Assembly: GCA_963676725.1 (NCBI GenBank)
Contig: OY781463.1
Location: forward strand, 2,701,421 to 2,765,420
Direction of reading: 5' to 3'
DNA: 64,000 nucleotides
Source of the DNA: Bacteroidales bacterium
GTDB lineage: Bacteria; Bacteroidota; Bacteroidia; Bacteroidales; WRLA01
The translations under genes and the position numbers were made by a program. This document shows positions 38,344 to 46,994 of the stretch, piece after piece (the first letter of the stretch is position 1; each line of letters starts with the position of its first letter). The notes below the pieces were generated by a model. That model had not been told where the DNA came from. It did not search any database and saw only the letters and a list, made by a program, of their open reading frames with translations.

Positions 38344-39372
38344 TTAATAAAGTTCGCCATTTCTAAAATGCAACAGCATTGCCTCTTTTATAGGAGATAA
38401 TGTTGGAGTAATAGATTTTGATTTATTATTATCCAAGTCAGAATTGTTGTTATTGACCTTATTGCTACTGGGTGTATATTTTATTTGTAATTCTGCTCCT
38501 ACTCCTACCATAAGAGCATTTACACTTTGACTTATTCCGAAACCAAAGCCGTCACTACTTGCAGACACTTCGGCGCGACCAGCTCCTACAGAAACAGTTG
38601 GTTTAGGGTCATCATCTTCTTTGGCTTTATTTTCAGTATTCGATGATATTATTGGACTGACATTTGTCTTTGAGCTTTCAAATGTGTATGGTCCCAAACT
38701 GAGAGAATAATTGTCAAAATGTCCTTCGGTTGTAACTCTGTTAAATTCAGGACATACATTGAAATTACCAGTTTCGGTATCGTAGCTAAAAGAGATGGTA
38801 AGTGTATTCTTTAGGCTTCCGTCAAAATCATAATTTAAACTATATGGTGTTTGAGTAAAAGGAATCTTTCCGCTAAAACCAATGCTTCCACTACCCATAG
38901 ATAAAGAAAAACTAAAAGACCATTCATCATTTCCATCTGGATCTATATAAAAAATAGGATTGTTATTAACGTATAAATAGGGAGAGGTGTTGTGATTTCC
39001 CTCTGATAAATTATCAATCACATGCCACCTCCCCAAAACCGCATCATAAAACCTCGCCCCGTAATCATACCAGTCCAATCCAAACTCATCCTGCAGCTCA
39101 CTTCGACTACGCTCAGTGCAACGCTTGCCGTTGTATTTGTATTTGTTTTCGGAGCAGGAATTGCTATAGCTTAAGCCTTTTATATTCATCCCATAGGGGT
39201 AATAGGCGTCTTGCTGCAAAACAGTTCCGCTTATTCTATGGGTGACGGGTATTTTATCGAACCGAATCAATGACAATTGCTTGGCTTCTAATGCACAATA
39301 AGCGGTACCATTTGTATGTATGGATGCGGTTTGGTTCACATTCTTTAATATTCGGACGAAACAAAAGTACAA
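38344..39372 (-). CDS. Rhs C-terminal toxin cassette A, fused at its 5' end to a copy of the first 14 codons and upstream region of the 550-aa gene
   Basis: The N-terminus MYFCFVRILKNVNQ is identical to that of 23850..25502 (part of the 70-nt repeat; TTG start). It continues ...LQQDAYYPYGMNIKGL...[43 protein letters not shown]...NNPIFYIDPDGND. The C-terminal domain is beta-rich and ends LLHFRNGELY. Confidence 0.7.
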   Translation of the reverse strand: MYFCFVRILKNVNQTASIHTNGTAYCALEAKQLSLIRFDKIPVTHRISGTVLQQDAYYPYGMNIKGLSYSNSCSENKYKYNGKRCTERSRSELQDEFGLDWYDYGARFYDAVLGRWHVIDNLSEGNHNTSPYLYVNNNPIFYIDPDGNDEWSFSFSLSMGSGSIGFSGKIPFTQTPYSLNYDFDGSLKNTLTISFSYDTETGNFNVCPEFNRVTTEGHFDNYSLSLGPYTFESSKTNVSPIISSNTENKAKEDDDPKPTVSVGAGRAEVSASSDGFGFGISQSVNALMVGVGAELQIKYTPSSNKVNNNNSDLDNNKSKSITPTLSPIKEAMLLHFRNGELY

Positions 39373-39400
39373 ATCTATTTGATTGTATGATGATTTTTTG
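39331..39400. repeat. 70-nt exact direct repeat, copy 2
   Basis: Identical to 25461..25530, offset by 13,870 nt. The flanks diverge on both sides. Confidence 0.95.
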
Positions 39401-39439
39401 TGCTAAAATAACAATAGGTATAGGCAAATTACCTAAACA

Positions 39440-39517
39440 CTATTTATTAGGCTGTTTGTTTTGGGCAAACCCTCTATCAGCCCATAAAAGCTGGTACAGC
39501 AATAGTAGAAATTTCAC
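39440..39517 (-). pseudogene. Leader fragment L4 (signal-peptide-like VKFLLLLYQLLWADRGFAQNKQPNK-stop)
   Basis: It contains the FAQNKQ signal-peptidase/N-terminus junction shared by L0-L2 and is truncated by a stop after 25 codons. The possible start is GTG. Confidence 0.45.
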
Positions 39518-39590
39518 ATGATTGGCAAAAAAAGGTTTGACTACTTTGGGTGGCGCTGCATATCTGAATTTAAAGCCGTAATTTTGCATC

Positions 39591-40583
39591 ATGTCCATCA
39601 ATACATTAAACCGCAAACAGGCTATTCTAGCCATGAATCAGGCAGCAGCAGCAAATGAAGCCTTTTTCTTTACCATTGATTTTGATGTGCAAAACTGTAT
39701 TTTTATTCTGCGAAAGGATCTAGAAAAATCGGGGATTTCTTTTCGGATTGGCACCATCAAAAACGAAAATAATTCTACGCCAAGCAAAAACCTAAAGCCG
39801 GAAATTGTGGCGTCACCCCCATCCTACCTGCAATATAAAGCCGGTTTTGATTCGGTAATGCAGCATTTGCAGTTTGGCAATACCTATCTCACAAATTTTA
39901 CATGCTCCACACCCATAAAAACAAATATCCCTGCAGAAGAAATCTTCCAAAGAAGCCAGGCCAAATACAAATTATTTGTCCCGGGGCATTTTCTGGTTTT
40001 TTCGCCCGAATGTTTTGTGAAAATCAATAAAAATGGCCGTATTTTTTCGTACCCAATGAAAGGGACCATAGACGCTTCAATACCGGATGCAGCACAAAAA
40101 ATACTATCCGACAGCAAAGAAATGGCCGAACATAATACCATTGTTGATTTAATCCGCAATGACCTGAGTAGTATTGCTGAAAAAGTACGCGTAACAAAAT
40201 TCCGATATATCGACGAACTAAAAACCTCTTCTAAAACGCTTTTGCAGGTCAGTTCAGAGATTTCAGGGCAACTCCCGATCAACTGGCAGGAAAATCTAGG
40301 GACATTAATTTTCAAACTTTTACCCGCCGGCTCCATTAGTGGGGCACCAAAACAGAAAACCATTGAAATCATCAGGGAAGCAGAAGGAACCCAAAGAGGA
40401 TTTTATACCGGGGTTTGTGGCTATTTTGATGGCAGCACACTCGATAGTGGCGTTATGATCCGTTTTATTGAAATGCAGCATCAAAATATGATTTACCGCA
40501 GTGGTGGCGGAATTACAATCAATAGTGATGCGCGAAAAGAATACGAAGAAATGAAAGACAAAATATATGTGCCAATATCTTGA
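39591..40583 (+). CDS. pabB: Aminodeoxychorismate synthase component I (short form)
   Basis: Chorismate-binding signature LLPAGSISGAPKQKTIEIIREAEGTQRGFYTGVCGYFDG. The 330-aa size fits the short Bacteroidota PabB. pabC follows and pabA is nearby. Confidence 0.8.
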   Translation: MSINTLNRKQAILAMNQAAAANEAFFFTIDFDVQNCIFILRKDLEKSGISFRIGTIKNENNSTPSKNLKPEIVASPPSYLQYKAGFDSVMQHLQFGNTYLTNFTCSTPIKTNIPAEEIFQRSQAKYKLFVPGHFLVFSPECFVKINKNGRIFSYPMKGTIDASIPDAAQKILSDSKEMAEHNTIVDLIRNDLSSIAEKVRVTKFRYIDELKTSSKTLLQVSSEISGQLPINWQENLGTLIFKLLPAGSISGAPKQKTIEIIREAEGTQRGFYTGVCGYFDGSTLDSGVMIRFIEMQHQNMIYRSGGGITINSDARKEYEEMKDKIYVPIS

Positions 40584-41172
40584 AAGCATTGCTTGCCGCG
40601 ATGGAGCCTTTGCATTGGCACACTACCATCAACAGCGCATTGAACGTACATTTTCAGAAGCATTCCATGCTAGGCCGAGCTTTCAATTAAAAGCCGTTTT
40701 GAATGAGCTCAGACCTCCACAAAAAGGATTGTATAAATTTCGCATGATCTATGGCAAAGAAGGCATTATCAGCTATGGTTTCACACCATATATCCTACCA
40801 ATGATCAAGTCTTTAAAGCTGGTTCGTAAGGATGAGCTTGCATACAGGCACAAAAAAGCAGATCGCTCCATCTTAAATAAAGCATTTGAGGAACGCAGTG
40901 GATGCGATGATATTATTATTGTGCAAAACGATAAACCCACAGACTCCTGGTTTTGCAATCTTGTTTTTAAAATGGGCGATCGGCTGCATACACCCTTAAA
41001 CCCATTATTGGAAGGCATACGCAGAGCCTATTACCTTGATGAAGAACAGATCATCGAAAAAGATATAAGCATAAATCAAATCAGTGAATATGAGGGTGTT
41101 TACTTAATCAATGCTTTGCTCCCGCTTAGCACTGCTCCTTTTATTGCAATAGAAAACATTAAAGGGCTGTAA
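40567..41172 (+). CDS. pabC: Aminodeoxychorismate lyase-like (class IV aminotransferase fold) protein
   Basis: It overlaps pabB by 17 nt. The ~200-aa size and position match the short PabC-like proteins that follow pabB. No strong motif was verified by eye. Confidence 0.55.
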   Translation: MCQYLESIACRDGAFALAHYHQQRIERTFSEAFHARPSFQLKAVLNELRPPQKGLYKFRMIYGKEGIISYGFTPYILPMIKSLKLVRKDELAYRHKKADRSILNKAFEERSGCDDIIIVQNDKPTDSWFCNLVFKMGDRLHTPLNPLLEGIRRAYYLDEEQIIEKDISINQISEYEGVYLINALLPLSTAPFIAIENIKGL

Positions 41173-41320
41173 ATTAATCTTCAATCCACAAAAGCCTTTG
41201 AATCCGAATATTCTGACCCAAAAAAGGAGTTTAGCATTTTTTGGGTAAAGTAGTCAGAAGCCTCAAGCTGAATTTTTCAGTAATTTCGCCGCTATTTTTC
41301 AAGTTTAAATACTCATAAAT

Positions 41321-43354
41321 ATGAATAAAGGGAAAAAACATTCAGTGGCCGGACTACGTTTCAGGCGATGGGACCGCAATAAATACAGCGTATTTAATTC
41401 TATTAAAAAGAGGATCACAATTGGTGTATTGGCTCTCTGCAGTAGTTTGGCGATCACACCAAAATGTTCTAAAGCACAGACAGATAGCAGTGAAAATATC
41501 AGAAAGGAAGTCTTGGAAGAATATGTTGTTTCCGCAGATCCTGCTCCCTTGCTCTATTCAGAAAGCGCCCGCATAGTACATATCATTAGTAAAGAAGAGA
41601 TTGAGCAAGCCCCACTGAACAGCCTTGACGCCCTTTTGGAATACACAAGTCAGCTCGACATCCGACAGCGTGGCGGCATGGACGTTCAATCAGACATCAG
41701 CATAAGAGGTGGCAGTTCAGAACAAGTAGCCATACTGCTCAATGGCATCAATATCAGCGATCCACAAACAGGTCATCATCAATTAAACCTTCCTTTCGAC
41801 CTTTCTGCCATTGATCATATTGAAATTCTGGAAGGCTCTTCGTCCCGCATCTATGGAGCCGGGGCATTTTCCGGGGCAATCAACATCATCACTCAACCCA
41901 AAAGCACAAACAATAAGGCCGAATTAAATCTGTCAGGTGGTTCTTTTGGATACAGGAACATCTCTCTCAACAAGCATCTCCAAACAGGAAAAATCCATCA
42001 TTTCACCAATATCAGCCATAAGGCCAGCGATGGTTATATACGCAATACCGATTTTACAAACAGCAGTATTTTTTATCATGCTTTGATGGAGCTTAAAAAC
42101 CAACAATTCGAAGTACAAGCCGGTTACACAACAAAATCTTTTGGAGCCAATGCTTTTTATACTCCTGCTTATCCTGATCAGTTTGAGTCCATACGCAGCA
42201 AATTTGCCAGCATCAAATACAGCAGCGGAACATGGCTTAAGTTCACTTTTTCAGGATATTGGCGAAGGCTTCACGATCGTTTTGAATTGTTTCGATATGA
42301 GGCAGCCGATTGGTATACAGGCCATAACTACCATCGAAGCGATCTTTCAGGAATCCAATCATCCCTGGTTTATACGACTGCAGCAGGAAAAACATCCATT
42401 GGATTTGATGTACGCGATGAGCGCATTAAAAGTAATGTTTTAGGCTATGAAATGCCTGAAGCTTTGCCTGCAGAAGGCTCTGCATTTTTCACGAAGCAGG
42501 ATGCACGTCAAAATGCAGGGATTTATATTGAGCACAGCTTGGTGACGAATTCATTTACTGCAAGTGCCGGCGCTTTAATATACTGGCACTCAAGGCTGGA
42601 AGGAGCACATATTTTCCCCGGATTAGATGTCTCCTACTCTATAAACAAACATTTTAAGGCATTTGCATCTGTAAACCACAGCCTTCGGATGCCAACATTT
42701 ACCGATCTGTTTTATGAAGGCCCAACAAATAAAGGAAACCCAAACTTAAAACCGGAAACATCGACAAATATTGAAACCGGAATAAAATTCAATACTAAAG
42801 GCACACAAGCCTATCTACTTGGTTTCTATAGAAATGGCAAAAATATTATCGACTGGGTGCGCCAAAGTGAGGACGATATTTGGCTCGCCAGCAATCTTAC
42901 AGAATTAAATACATCCGGGTTAAGCCTCGCCATAAATATGCAACCTTTTCTATGGGAACGTCCTATTTCGATAATTAAAAATATTAGTATAAGCTATTCA
43001 TACATCATTATGGAAAAAGAAAGCGGTCAACTATTAAGTAAATATGCACTCGATTATTTAAAACATAAGCTCGACTTTTCCCTGCGCCATAAAATCTGGT
43101 CGAAATTAAATGCAAATTGGCTGCTCAGCTGGCAGGACAGAAACGGTCAATACATTAAATATGAGGCAGTAAAAAGCAGTCCGGCAGAATACAAAGCCTT
43201 TGCATTGCTCAACTTACGCTTAAGCTGGATGGAGAAAAAATGGCAAATATATACAGAAGCCAATAATCTTTTCAATACACTTTATTATGATTTTGGCAAT
43301 ATTGCGCAGCCCGGAAGATGGATTATTTGCGGCATCAGCTTGAAGCTGGGGTAG
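41321..43354 (+). CDS. TonB-dependent outer-membrane receptor
   Basis: N-terminal signal region. Plug motifs DIRQRGGMDVQSDISIRGGSSEQVAILLNGINISDPQTGHH. Beta-barrel region. NLFNTLYYDFG near the C-terminus. Confidence 0.9.
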   Translation: MNKGKKHSVAGLRFRRWDRNKYSVFNSIKKRITIGVLALCSSLAITPKCSKAQTDSSENIRKEVLEEYVVSADPAPLLYSESARIVHIISKEEIEQAPLNSLDALLEYTSQLDIRQRGGMDVQSDISIRGGSSEQVAILLNGINISDPQTGHHQLNLPFDLSAIDHIEILEGSSSRIYGAGAFSGAINIITQPKSTNNKAELNLSGGSFGYRNISLNKHLQTGKIHHFTNISHKASDGYIRNTDFTNSSIFYHALMELKNQQFEVQAGYTTKSFGANAFYTPAYPDQFESIRSKFASIKYSSGTWLKFTFSGYWRRLHDRFELFRYEAADWYTGHNYHRSDLSGIQSSLVYTTAAGKTSIGFDVRDERIKSNVLGYEMPEALPAEGSAFFTKQDARQNAGIYIEHSLVTNSFTASAGALIYWHSRLEGAHIFPGLDVSYSINKHFKAFASVNHSLRMPTFTDLFYEGPTNKGNPNLKPETSTNIETGIKFNTKGTQAYLLGFYRNGKNIIDWVRQSEDDIWLASNLTELNTSGLSLAINMQPFLWERPISIIKNISISYSYIIMEKESGQLLSKYALDYLKHKLDFSLRHKIWSKLNANWLLSWQDRNGQYIKYEAVKSSPAEYKAFALLNLRLSWMEKKWQIYTEANNLFNTLYYDFGNIAQPGRWIICGISLKLG

Positions 43355-43694
43355 TATGAACAGCTAGCTGAAGCTAAAAATAAAGATCATAAAGCGATGC
43401 TTTGCAAAAGATAGAATTTTTTGGATATATCTTTGAATTCACTATAAAATATTGCATCTTTACAGTTTTTTAGACCTATATGCATTAACATCTCATGAGC
43501 GATCAGGCAAAGGGAAGCAGATGCATATAAATAGTTTCTGTCCATAGAGTCGTGAGTTTGTTCTATAAAGTTCAAATTCAAGGCGTGTGAAAAATTCAAA
43601 CTGGATAATACTCAGGTATTTGAGGATTTGGATTTTGAGCAATCCCGAATTTTCGGGAGACTTTATAGACGAACTCTAAATACTGTCAGCACAT

Positions 43695-46211
43695 ATGGAA
43701 ACGAATTACGAACTGGAACTTGCACGGAAATTTGTTTATTTCACGAATAGGAATGTATTTCTCACCGGAAAAGCCGGAACAGGAAAAACAACATTTTTGC
43801 ATCAACTAAAGCAAGAATCACTGAAACGTATGGTGGTTGTGGCTCCTACAGGAGTTGCAGCTATTAATGCCGGTGGCGTTACTGTTCATTCATTTTTTCA
43901 AATGCCTTTTGGCCCTATGCTTTGCGAAAGGGTGGCTGGTGCTGCAGCGCGCAAAGAAGCTCCGACACACAAAATAAACAGGACAAAAATCAATATCATC
44001 CGTTCTCTTGATTTATTGGTAATCGATGAAATTAGCATGGTGCGTGCCGATATGCTCGACGGTATTGATGAAGTATTAAGGCGTTATAAAGACAGAAGCA
44101 AACCATTTGGTGGCGTTCAATTACTCATGATTGGCGATATGCAGCAATTACCCCCGGTTGTGAAAGATGATGAATGGCAACTACTTTCCCCTTATTACGA
44201 CACCTACTATTTTTTTGGGAGCAAGGCTCTCCGGGAATCCTATACGATTTCTATCGAACTAAAGCATATTTTTCGTCAAAGCGACAATGTTTTTATTGGC
44301 GTACTGAATGAAATCAGGAATAATAAACTGAGCAAAGCATCGGCAGACATCCTGAACACACGCTATAAACAAGGCTTTCGCGATGATAAAAATGAAGGTT
44401 ATATTAATCTTACAACGCATAATCATTCTGCCAATAAAATTAATGAAGAAGCCTTATCAAAAATTGATTATCAATCATTTACATACCATGCAACCATAGA
44501 AGGGGATTTTCCCGAACATGCAGCTCCGGCCGATATTGAACTGGAATTAAAAAAAGGTGCCCAGGTGATGTTTATTAAAAACGACAGCTCCTTTGAGAAA
44601 CGCTTTTATAATGGAAAAATAGGCGAAATTACAGCAATCGGCCATCATTTTATTGAAGTGCGCTGTAAGGGGGATGAGGAAACAATTGATGTTGATCGTG
44701 AAGAATGGAAAAATATCCGTTATAAGATCAACGACAAAACCAAAGAAGTTGAAGAAAATATTGTTGGCACATTCAAGCAATATCCACTGCGTCTTGCTTG
44801 GGCAATAACCATCCACAAGAGCCAGGGACTTACTTTTGAAAAAGCTATTATCGATGCGCAGGCAGCATTTGCGCATGGGCAAACCTATGTCGCCCTGAGC
44901 CGATGTAAATCATTGGAAGGATTAGTGCTCAGCACGCAACTTCATTCGGGCAGCATAATATCCGACAGCACCATTCAATCATTCTCGCAGCAAATTGAAG
45001 ACAATCCACCCGACGACAATTCACTATCAGCAGCTCAAAGGGATTATCAACTTTCCTTGCTTGAGGAGCTTTTTAGCTTCAAGCAAATATCTTATCTATT
45101 TGACCGCCAATATCGTACTTCAAGGGAGCATTATCGGGTGATTCATGGCAGGATGCATGAACTACTCCAGGAAATCCAAAAACCTGCTCTTGAAGAACTG
45201 AGGAATATTGGAGAAAAATTCCTCCAGCAAATCCGCTCTTTGATTGCTGCAGAGACGAATCCGGAAGAAAACAAAGCCTTACAGGAACGCATCAAAAAAG
45301 CAAGCGATTGGTTTTACAATAAATTATCGAAAGAGGTATGCACTCCTTTTGAAGCAATAAATTGGGATACAGATAATAAAGGCATCCATAAAAGCCTGAA
45401 AGAAACCGAAGACAAAATCAGGGAGCAATTAAACCTGAAAGAATTTTGTTTGAAGTCATGCAAGCAAGGTTTTGTTATTAAAGAATACCTGAACGAGCGA
45501 GCGAAAGCACTGCTGGAAGAGCCGCCAAAATCTAAAAAACCGAAGAATAAGAATCTGGAGCTAAGCGATTCCAGTCCAAATCATCAGAAACTTTTTCAGA
45601 TCCTGAAAGAATGGCGCAGAGAAATGGCTGATGAAGCAGATATTCCTCATTATATGGTATTAACGCAAAAAGCAATGGGGGAAATTGTGGAAGAATTACC
45701 GGTCACCTTTTCCGAATTAAAAGAGATTCATGGCATTGGGAAAAAGAAAATCGAGAGCTTGGGAGAGGAAATCCTGGATATCGTGCGCGCCTTTTGCAAA
45801 AAGAATGAACTGAAAGAAGTGCCCGAAGACATGAATGATTTGCCGGCACCAAAAGCAAAAAAAGCAGCAAAACCTAAAAAACCCAAACAGCCCAAGGGAA
45901 GCTCCAATAAAATAAGTCTGGAACTGTTTCAGCAGGGCAAAACAATTGCCGAAATAGCAGAAGAACGCAATTTTGCCCAATCAACCATTGAAGGTCATCT
46001 GGCATGGTGCGTTCGTCGGGGCATGCTTAAACTCAGCGACAAACTTTTGAAAAAAGAAAAAGAAAAGGCCATACGCGCATGGCATCAAAAGAGTGACAGC
46101 CAAAGTGCTACCGAGGCAAGGGAAACCCTCGGCGAAGATTATTCCTTTTCAGAAATACGCTATGTAGTGAACAGTATACTCTTTGAAACTGAAGGAGCCC
46201 CGGAAAATTAA
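43695..46211 (+). CDS. Superfamily-1 Pif1/RecD-like helicase with a C-terminal HRDC and HTH domain
   Basis: Walker A GKAGTGKTTFL. Walker B LLVIDEISMV. ITIHKSQGLTFEKAIID. HRDC-like LFQILKEWRREMADEADIPHYMVLTQKAMGEIVEELP...IHGIGKKKIE. HTH-like TIAEIAEERNFAQSTIEGHL. Confidence 0.85.
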   Translation: METNYELELARKFVYFTNRNVFLTGKAGTGKTTFLHQLKQESLKRMVVVAPTGVAAINAGGVTVHSFFQMPFGPMLCERVAGAAARKEAPTHKINRTKINIIRSLDLLVIDEISMVRADMLDGIDEVLRRYKDRSKPFGGVQLLMIGDMQQLPPVVKDDEWQLLSPYYDTYYFFGSKALRESYTISIELKHIFRQSDNVFIGVLNEIRNNKLSKASADILNTRYKQGFRDDKNEGYINLTTHNHSANKINEEALSKIDYQSFTYHATIEGDFPEHAAPADIELELKKGAQVMFIKNDSSFEKRFYNGKIGEITAIGHHFIEVRCKGDEETIDVDREEWKNIRYKINDKTKEVEENIVGTFKQYPLRLAWAITIHKSQGLTFEKAIIDAQAAFAHGQTYVALSRCKSLEGLVLSTQLHSGSIISDSTIQSFSQQIEDNPPDDNSLSAAQRDYQLSLLEELFSFKQISYLFDRQYRTSREHYRVIHGRMHELLQEIQKPALEELRNIGEKFLQQIRSLIAAETNPEENKALQERIKKASDWFYNKLSKEVCTPFEAINWDTDNKGIHKSLKETEDKIREQLNLKEFCLKSCKQGFVIKEYLNERAKALLEEPPKSKKPKNKNLELSDSSPNHQKLFQILKEWRREMADEADIPHYMVLTQKAMGEIVEELPVTFSELKEIHGIGKKKIESLGEEILDIVRAFCKKNELKEVPEDMNDLPAPKAKKAAKPKKPKQPKGSSNKISLELFQQGKTIAEIAEERNFAQSTIEGHLAWCVRRGMLKLSDKLLKKEKEKAIRAWHQKSDSQSATEARETLGEDYSFSEIRYVVNSILFETEGAPEN

Positions 46212-46237
46212 TATGATGATGCACAAAATTTTATCAA

Positions 46238-46972
46238 ATGGATTTCTACCAAAGCATTGCCTCTTATTATGATGATATTTTTCCTAAAAACCCCTTGCAG
46301 AGCAGCTTTGTTTTGCAATCAATCGAGGATGCAGGCAATAGCCGGCTTTTAGACATTGGTTGTGCTACAGGGAGTCTATCTTTAAGTCTAAGTTCTCATT
46401 TACAGTATATTGAAGGCATAGACATTGATCGTGAGTTTCTCGGCATTGCAGCAAAAAAATCGCCCAAAAAATGCACCAATGTTCGGTTTACCTATTGCGA
46501 TATGTTGAAAATCGGGCAGCAGTTTGGAGCAAATTCATTTGATGCACTTGTTTGTTTTGGGAATACGCTTGTGCATCTTCCGGATATGAATGCTATGGAT
46601 CGTTTTCTCAAAAACGCTTCCGAAGTCTTGCGTAAAGATGGAAAAATGCTCCTGCAAATTATTCATTACGACAGAATACTCGATCAGGACATCTGGCAAT
46701 TGCCAACAATCGATACAGAAAAAATCTGTTTTGAACGCAATTATGCCACTAATAAATCAACAAAGCGCATCGCCTTTAAGAGCAGTCTTCTCATAAAGAA
46801 AAGTGGCGAACGCATTCAGAATTCTATTGAACTCTACCCCCTTCGAAAAAAGGAGCTACATAAGCTTTTAGAAGACAATCATTTCGGTGATATACAGTTT
46901 TATGGGAATTTCAATAAGAAGGAATTAGAAACGAATGACCAGCCACTTATTATTGAATGCAGGCGTTTGTAG
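46238..46972 (+). CDS. Class I SAM-dependent methyltransferase
   Basis: Motif I LLDIGCATGSLSL and post-I/II spacing (FDALVCFGNTLVHL). Confidence 0.8.
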   Translation: MDFYQSIASYYDDIFPKNPLQSSFVLQSIEDAGNSRLLDIGCATGSLSLSLSSHLQYIEGIDIDREFLGIAAKKSPKKCTNVRFTYCDMLKIGQQFGANSFDALVCFGNTLVHLPDMNAMDRFLKNASEVLRKDGKMLLQIIHYDRILDQDIWQLPTIDTEKICFERNYATNKSTKRIAFKSSLLIKKSGERIQNSIELYPLRKKELHKLLEDNHFGDIQFYGNFNKKELETNDQPLIIECRRL

Positions 46973-46994
46973 TTTTCGAGTTGATGGTTACGAA

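Noticed and set aside
39884-40372. A 162-aa minus-strand ORF inside pabB, and similar antisense ORFs inside the large genes (for example 4845..5312, 14709..15041, 44547..44882, 59071..59511).
   Set aside because: They are fully nested antisense within genes that have strong domain evidence, and they show no motifs of their own.
41173-41320. A possible riboswitch (for example cobalamin) or leader upstream of the TonB-dependent receptor.
   Set aside because: I could not recognise any conserved riboswitch core, such as a B12 box. The region holds only an A/T-rich hairpin (ACCCAAAAAA...TTTTTTGGGT, 41216-41246), which is more likely a weak terminator after pabC.
43387-43599. A 70-aa minus-strand ORF between the receptor and helicase genes.
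   Set aside because: It has no recognisable motif, signal or neighbouring context. It could be real, but I cannot support it from the sequence.
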